Shown here: in pieces, positions 55,696 through 64,000 of the stretch
Layout of the letters: each line of letters begins with the position of its first letter
How positions within the stretch are numbered: the stretch's first letter is position 1
Source of the DNA: Chrysomallon squamiferum
Lineage: Eukaryota > Animalia > Mollusca
Direction: 5' to 3'
NCBI GenBank assembly: GCA_012295275.1
Contig: CM022667.1
Coordinates: 15,624,001-15,688,000 of the forward strand
Length of the DNA: 64,000 nucleotides
The notes under the pieces: generated by a model
The model's database searches: none
Seen by the model: only the letters and a program-made list of their open reading frames with translations
What the model was told of the DNA's origin: nothing
Made by a program: the position numbers and the translations under genes

Positions 55696-58693
55696 GCCTT
55701 TATTAATAAATTTTATAAACCCATCTAATTTCGCCAGTTTATCGAGGTGTTGTTATTTGCAAACGTCATCGCTTTAGTTAAATTACTTAAGCGAGTTTTC
55801 AAACATGGGAACGAAATCGTCACATATTTTGTTTATTTGGTGTATTCGTATAGACAATGGTATGTAATTTTAGGTCATTTAAAAATATGCATAAAATGAA
55901 ATTAAAAAAACAACAACAAACAGCTATTAAAAACGTTTTGACAGTGAGAGATACATCACCAACATTATCAACAGAAAGTTAAATAAATATCTTCAAATTA
56001 ATATATATCGTTTAATTATTACATTTAATAAATGGAGACAACTAAAGTGGCTAAAAAAAACATTACGCATAGCAGAAAAAACAAACAAACTGGGAATAAA
56101 TTGAAAGGAAGTCAATGGTGAGAAACTCATGAAGCGTTTTAAAAACAAAATATGTCAAAACAATAAGGTCACTGTGTACGCGACATCATAAAGCAAGGTT
56201 ATTCCCAGAATGACGCATTTTATAAAGATTTACACATCCCGCTGTCTTGAAAAAAATCAGAACAAAAAGCACCGTAAACAATGCAAGGCGAAAATAAACC
56301 TGTTAAACGAATTAAACGTGTACTTACCAACCGAAGACGAAGAACAAGAAGATGAAGATGAAACCAGCACACAGAACACAATTAAGTCCTTACACAGTAA
56401 TCCTGAAAAGATACAAGAATTTACTTTTAGATTCAAGAAAACGTTGACAGTATCGGCCAAATCAATACACGTGTATTTTTTAATAAAATCTGTAGTGGTT
56501 TTTCCGATCAAATAAAACATGCGAGGACTGACAAAGAACTTTTATTAAACGTTTCCATACTTACAATATATTAATCTCAATGGCTTTGCAAATATTGTAT
56601 TATTATTATTATTACTTTTTTCCCCCTCCTTTGAGATTAATAATGGCGACAGAGCGGACTGTTAATATCTCACGTTGTGTTACAGTTAGAAAAATTATTA
56701 AAATTTATGTCGTTTTCCCGCAGTAATTACCACATCGAGTTTTCAGTTACAATTGTTAATTGTCCTTCGCGGTAACAGGTGTTTAGTTATGACTAAATGC
56801 AAAGCAAAGTTTTTGTTTTAATTAACAAACTGGAAACAGAGAGATTTTACTTTTACAATGTCGCTGGTTACAAATTGTAAAAATATTAGAAATATTAATT
56901 GCGATTTCATGCAAAGTATAAACGATTTTATTTCAGATATTAATAATTCGACAAATCTGAACATTGAACAGATTTGAGTAAACTGTAAACATTCGAGACA
57001 TAGCCAGTTCGATATATCTGTAAAGCAGATATTTCAGCAGTTCATACATATTTGATATATTGAAAATTCGTCATATACGTATAATGTAAATGCTTGTTGC
57101 ATTAACGTTTGATACACCGTGATCGAAAAATTATTGTTTTCTTTTTCAGAAATTTGTTTTAATATTCGATGTATCTCACCTGTATGTATGCATTTGGGTT
57201 TATACAAAAATGTATCTATTTCTCTATATAGCTTCTGCATATTTGAAACAATATATTATATATTTCTATATAATGCGTCAAAGGTTAATGCAAGTTTCAG
57301 ATTCATAAAACTTGCCTTTACAATTTTGCTTTCATGTGAATACGATACGTCGATAAATAAATTATTGAACATGCATTAGTGTAATACAATATTTATCAAA
57401 CTCATTTGAAAAATTGTACTTCATCCTTCAGCGTTTTCTCTCAGGGATTATAAACCCTCAGAAACATTTTCTCCAAAATCTGCTATTTCAGTCATCTCTT
57501 GCACTCACATTCTCCCTAAAGCTAGTCTGTAAATAATTATGTCACATTCACGCGCAGCCTGGGTCAAACTGTGTCACGTGACCTTACTGAAAATAACGGG
57601 ATTCCGGCAACTTATCGTGAGTGACGGCAGTACACCGGTAACCCAAACTATACGGGTTGGTATTTCACGCACCCCGTGAAAGAGATCACTAGCGTAATGC
57701 AAAACCGGTACAGTATGGCACTTTATATTTCGATGGGTATCGAAGAAAAGAGCATGCACGTCCCCACTGGGTCTGCACGTGCAGAGACGTCGTCCGAGGC
57801 AACTGAAGTAGGAATGTGGCATGGGAACAGAAAGTTTAGTGTGATATCTCCGAAATGTCAGAGGCATATTTGACATAAAGAAAATGGAAATCTTGCATAA
57901 CCGTTAAACATCTTTCATACAGTACATGTTTGTGGAATATAAGTACACTAAAATAAACACACACTCGCACATATACACGTACACGCGTAGAAAAACGCGC
58001 ACATTACTGTATAATACACATAGTCATTCACATACATAATTTGTGTGCAATTAAATTTACTAACTGAAGATTCATTTTAAATAATGAATACTGAAACTAT
58101 TTTAAATTTGATTTAATAAACATATAAGACGATAAAGACAGAAATAAAATTATTAAAAAGTAAAATATGTCACATTTCAGTAGATAGATATATTTATCTC
58201 TTTCTTTAATATAACAAGTCTATTACAGAACGCGTAAAGATGCTTATTTTTTGGGGTGTACTTGAAGATGGATCAGTGCAATGTAACACGTGCAGCGGAA
58301 GAAAGGATAAAGAAATCTATTTCAAGTCTTAACAAAAGAAAAGAAAAAAGCCAAAACACATGTCAGATACAAACGCAAATGAATCATTAACACGCAAATA
58401 ACAACAAATTTGACTAATTATTTTTAAACCGGCTTATGTACTAACCATTTTGAAATGACAACATATTACAAGAGTTTGAATGTATAAGATAATGCCTCTG
58501 GACCGAAAGATGGGTATATTCTGTGATGATATCTGTATGTAAATAACATGCACGGTTTACACACATCTCTAAATCGATAGATTTCAGTATAATAACAATT
58601 ATTAATTAATTAGCTCCGTTTTGTTTCCACGTCCAGGTGCCAGACTAATGAATCAACAGATTTGAATAACTGAATCAGAACAGTGACCATGTG

Positions 58694-58784
<91 letters not shown>

Positions 58785-60471
58785 ACACACACACACACAC
58801 AAACAACTACGCACACATTTTTTTCTTGATCTGTGTGTGTGTGTCTGTAAATAAATGTCATTTTTGTACATATTTACACGTTTGTGTGTATGTGTGTGTG
58901 TGTGAGTGTGCGTGTGTGTATATGCGTGTGTGTGTGTGTGTGTGTGTGTCTGAGCGGTGTCTGAGATCTAGGCCCTAGTCGTTTTTCTGTCTCTCTTTTT
59001 CTCTGTTTTTCTGTCTCTTAGTCTCTAAGTTTGTTTCTCTCTCATTCTGTGGACAAATACACATACACATACGTACACGTACTCTGTGTTTCTCGTCTTC
59101 TGCTTGTTTGTTTCGTGTCTTCGTGCACACAACAAACATAAATATCAACCTGTCATGCATAAACCTTGCGCTTTATCGATCATAATAATCTTACTTCCCT
59201 TACTCTTGACCCTGTAAATCAACTATAGCCTTCTTTAATGAACCATTTAATGAACAAAAAAGAAGAAAAAAGAAGAAGAAAAGGCAGGCACCACCATCAC
59301 AGTATTTTGTCTAAGCCTTGAGGGAGAAATTAACAAAGTCAAAGTGATTTTCCGCGAGAAATGCGCCGTCCATTTTGTTTTCTACTAAGGGGAGATTATT
59401 CCAGAGGGAAATATTTGCAGGTGCTGATTGCCGTGTTACCACATTCTCAGAAAATTGAGTGTTTTTTATTCCCGTGTCTGTTAACACCGAGGTGGGATGA
59501 TAGTCTTCACGACATCTGTATGGATGTAAACATCGACGTGTAAATATATACAGAAAAACAAAGGCGTATCCTAATATCACTCAGTCAGTTTATAGTGATA
59601 ATGTAATCTTATCTCCCGAACATGTAAAGCGTAATACTACTTAAGGTTTCTTTTACAAAGAGCAATAGGAACTGACACAGCATTAAATATCCCAAATATA
59701 ATTTAAAAAGTATTGCTTATATTTTTTTATTTTTTTATTTTTTTATAAAACATCTCTGGTATGAGACTATTTTAAAAAATAGAACTTCATATTCATTCAG
59801 TAGTTTAGTCAACACTGTTCATTAGGAATTCATTATTCATTGATTCATTACAAATTCACTATTTACTGATTTATTAAATTATTCTTATTCATCAATCATT
59901 AAAAATTATAATTAATTATTCATTTATTAATTGGCCGATTCCATTATATATGAAAGTTATTATTAACATACGAAACCCATTCATCAGCAAATATTTTACA
60001 ACATTAATTTAACAATCGTATCTCTGACGTATTTCTGACGTCATGAAAGCAAGTCTTATCAAAAACTCACAAGAACATATCTCATTAACTTAGTCTTGTC
60101 ACGGACTGGTTAATGAATACAACCGAAGTTTATTCGGTATCTACGAACAATGAATTCAAACATTCCACGTCATGAAGCTAGAACGTAATCAATAATGTGC
60201 ATAGATACTGATATATTATCCTTTCTGTTTTTAATATAGTTAGATTTTCATATCCATTATTCATACTTATTTTCTCTATATCTGTAAGTCCTACATGTGT
60301 GTATGTGTGAGTGTGTCTGTGTAAGTGCGTACTTTTGAGTGAAATATATATACACACACACACACATACATACATACCTTTATACACACAAGCATACATC
60401 TGTTTACATACATACATGCACATATCCATTGATGCTACTACATACATATATGTACACATACATACGTATTT

Positions 60472-60525
<54 letters not shown>

Positions 60526-61437
60526 GCAAACACAGATGTATTTAAACACATCAGATCATTCAGCGTACCTTCCACTAAACTGTATTTTTTTATTATCAAA
60601 CCTAATTCAGTGTTGATTTATTTTGACATAAACCCACGCTGCTTTAAAAAACTCAGTGCACGTTACTTTTGGCACGCAGGTGTATTGTGTTAATACACCA
60701 GCGTCTTGATCGAAGAAAAAAAAATTATGACTCGGTTAATTCACATCTGTATCTACTTAAACCCTGTTGGCCTGGAAACCGTATATTTTTTTTTTCTTCT
60801 TATTTTTCAGACATTTTATCAAAGTTCATTGGAAGAGAAAGGAGGGAGGGGAATCGGAAGAAATTTTATGAGATCGTTGGATTATTTGTTAGGAGTGGGT
60901 GCGAATTTGTCTCTTTACGTTTGAAAAGGGAGGGTAAGAGAAGCTGTATGCAGCTGCATATCTTTGTTGTGAAAAAAGAAATAAAAACATGCATAATTTA
61001 TAAGCAGATAAAAAATCGTTAAATCTTACTGCAGTATTAAAATTTCAGGAATCCTCAGTAATTTTAAGAACAGTTATTAAAAATCTTATATAAAACATAA
61101 CGTCTGAGGTAAGGTATTTTTTATTTTTTTATTATTATTATTATTTTTTTTTTTATTGCATGCAGTTAAACAAAATCCTATTTCTATAATATACTGCGAT
61201 CTAGTAAACAGTCAATGTAAAATGAATTTTCAACTGTTATATCCTTCTTTCTTCTTTCTCAAATGCTCAGTGGTAGCAGAGGGTGCCCGACTTATTATAT
61301 AACCAAACAAACAAACAAACAAATATATTAATAAATATATATGTTCCCGAAAAATAATTATTTGAGACTGGTACGAATGATTGAATGAAAGAATAAACGA
61401 ACGATCAAACAAATAAATAATCAAACAAACACACAAA

Positions 61438-61492
<55 letters not shown>

Positions 61493-61744
61493 ATGAATGA
61501 ATAAATAAATAAATAAATAAATAAATAAATATTTATATTCCCTAAAATATTTTATGAGATTAGTACTAATGAACAATCAGACATTATACAAGCACTATAC
61601 GAAATCGCACAATTTTAAAAATAATTCTGAAATGCATAACTCATTGCATTTCTTTTATCACCAACAAGGAATTTCTGATTAAAACTGTTTTCCATATACA
61701 GTACTTTTCCTAACTCGCAGCTTGTTAGAAAGTGAAATAACTGA

Positions 61745-61820
61745 ACTGGAACACACATAAGATTCGAACCTAGATACGTCGTGCGTTAGACAAGAGCTTT
61801 ATCGTTAGCTATGCATCACC
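61745..61820 (-). mobile_element. Degenerate tRNA-derived (SINE head-like) sequence
   Basis: Perfect B-box GGTTCGAATC on the minus strand (61761-61770), with a decayed A-box-like tagctaacgataaag about 30 nt upstream. No cloverleaf. Confidence 0.35.
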
Positions 61821-62074
61821 TAGTCTACTCTGAAAGAAACGTCAAACGTTTTCATATCTTGTTGTGATAGCGATACATGAATTGCGTCTGACATGACTAG
61901 AACGCGTGAAATGTACTTAATCTGATGTGTGCTCAACAGGGAACAGAACAGAGGAACTCCCTCGAAGAAATAAAATAAAGTTAACTCGGCTTATTAAAAA
62001 AAAGGAAACGAGACGAAAGACGGATGAAAGATCGATAGCTAAGGGTGAATAAAACCCAAAAAGAATTGGAAGAA

Positions 62075-62295
62075 GAGATAAAGGAAAGAAAAGAGAGAAA
62101 AAAAGAAGAGAAAAACCATTAAAGAAAGAAAAGAAACGAGAAAGGAATAATAGAAAATAGAAAGAAAGACTGAACAAAATAAAGGAAAGAAAAGAGAAAA
62201 AAGAACATAAAGAATGAAAAGAAACGAGAAAAGAAAAAAAAGAAAATAGAAAGAAAGACTGAACAAAATATAGAAATTAAAAAGAAGAAAATACG
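62075..62295. repeat. Purine-rich degenerate tandem repeat, unit about 90 bp
   Basis: aaagaaacgagaaa and aaaatagaaagaaagactgaacaaaata each occur twice. Confidence 0.7.
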
Positions 62296-63969
62296 GAATA
62301 ATGAATAACAAAGGAGGTAAATCAAGCAGGAAGGAAAAATAGAATTTAAAAAAAAAAATTAAATATTATCACTAGTTGAGAGTGGAACTAGATTTATAAC
62401 ATAAAGACAGCCCATCAGGCGCACAGAACAGATCTGATGCTGGATCCATTAGTTTTAAACACACACTCTAGACACTGAATTACTTCACTTTCCTATTGCA
62501 TGTACTCTCGGATCTACATCTTAAGTCTGAAATAAGTCTGTTTAAAATATAATTACAAAAATTACACTCCAGATAAGCTGAAATGTTTTCACGTTATTTT
62601 TGACTCTCATGGAAATATGATTATTCAATAACTACGTTTCTGGACACTTAGAGGTCTCGCTGTAAAACCAGCTCTCTCGTCGATTCTACTTTTCCAAGTG
62701 GGGTTTAATTGGTTTTGATAAAATGTTCTCCTCGGCAGGCAAGCGAGTAGGCGATTTGAGTGTTTTCTCCCATCTTCCCAATCACAGATAAATGGCCAAT
62801 AATTGTATGTATGTGGCTGAAAAGGGTGCATTTCGGAGGCTGTGGAAACTGCCATCTATTTTCAGAATCTGATGACCCGATATCGAGCCATCCCCGTTAA
62901 TTGACAAAGATTGGAAAGCATTGCATGATATTTTCGCGAAGAGAGTTGGACATCTTTCTCATTCCCCTATAACGTCTTAATAATTTTCTTTCACTTTGAC
63001 CCGAAGGTTATCTTAGCCCTGGGGAGAGTGTTGCGTGCGATGTTTGATAGAAGAATAATTCGAAATGGTTTCCAATATCGACAAGAGAATTGAGTTACGT
63101 TGGATTTGTATCATTTTTTTTTTCTCAACATTCTCGGAGTGTTTTCAGAGCCCTAATGCATCTGTCGAAGTAAATCTCCCAAGTCCATCATCGCAAATTA
63201 GCAGATTAAATATTGACGGATGAAATTTCATGTGATGTAAGAAATCGTGGAATATTTCATTCTCCGATGATGATTGAAAGTGAAAACTTGTTAAAGAATG
63301 ATATATGATCTTGTTACAAATGTTCGAATTTAAACTTTTTTTTTTTTTTTTTTTTTTCCTTTCTCGATCTCTCAACCGCTTTGATAAAACGACAAAACGG
63401 CAACCACGGAAAAACACCCACTGGCGCTCTACAACTTTAAAACTTCTTAAATCAAGACTATGAAATTAGCCAGACTCGGGGATTCGCCTTGGCAAAATCT
63501 GCAGCTTTCAACGAACCAATTCTTAACGTAATTTATGGATGCCAATTCTGTTTAATCTAATATTTCTAGAAGTGGTCTTATTTGAAGTCGGCCATCTTGG
63601 AACCAGTTCGATGTCTGCGCGTAATACCAATCTAGTCGTCTTCCCGATGTGTTAGTTCTCAGCGTAACAAGTTTATTTTGTTCGGTCCATCGCGTCCACC
63701 AATCAAAGTTGATTTTATGACCTGATAAATCATTCTAAGTTTTGATGAAGAAAAAGAAATATTATTTCACAGAGAAATGTAGATAAATCATTGTTCTAGA
63801 CAGCAGGATGGTTTAAAACAGTGGCCTGGATTTATTCAAACATAAGGAAGAGCAATAACAATGTCAGCCACAGCCGTTTAATTAATAAATACAGCAACAT
63901 TCGTAAACCCAAAAAACAAAACAAAGAATGCATTTAATAACAGTGCCATCAGTAAGCAACAACACCACC

Positions 63970-64000
<31 letters not shown>

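Noticed and set aside
61745-61820. Functional tRNA gene
   Set aside because: A B-box is present but the acceptor and D stems cannot be formed, so it was kept only as a SINE-like relic.

Overview
AT-rich, microsatellite-dense animal genomic DNA, not prokaryotic. A degenerate Nin-type tRNA SINE points to a mollusc or other lophotrochozoan (inference). Two spliced genes were rebuilt by hand from GT-AG sites and exon phase. (1) + strand, 3359-6218: a 5'-truncated BtpA/SgcQ-family (F13E9.13-like) gene. It has a partial upstream duplicate of one exon and an apparent 1-nt frameshift in the last exon. (2) - strand, CDS 21601-11299, six coding exons, 442 aa: an unnamed type I membrane protein with a signal peptide, one 6-Cys EMI-like domain and no EGF repeats, a TM helix, and a long acidic tail with ITAM/ITIM/PPxY-like motifs. 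Its TM exon is bracketed by a 44-nt inverted repeat (41/44) that covers the exon's 3' splice signals. Skipping that exon would give a 115-aa secreted EMI-only protein, so this is a candidate RNA-structure switch between receptor and soluble forms. From about 22 kb to 64 kb CpG is retained and no protein-coding gene is recognisable. That stretch holds a 36-bp minisatellite, a spaced motif array, foldbacks, a duplicated enhancer-like block, SINE remnants and a few exon-like minus-strand segments. Nearly all other ORF-track entries are simple-repeat artefacts.
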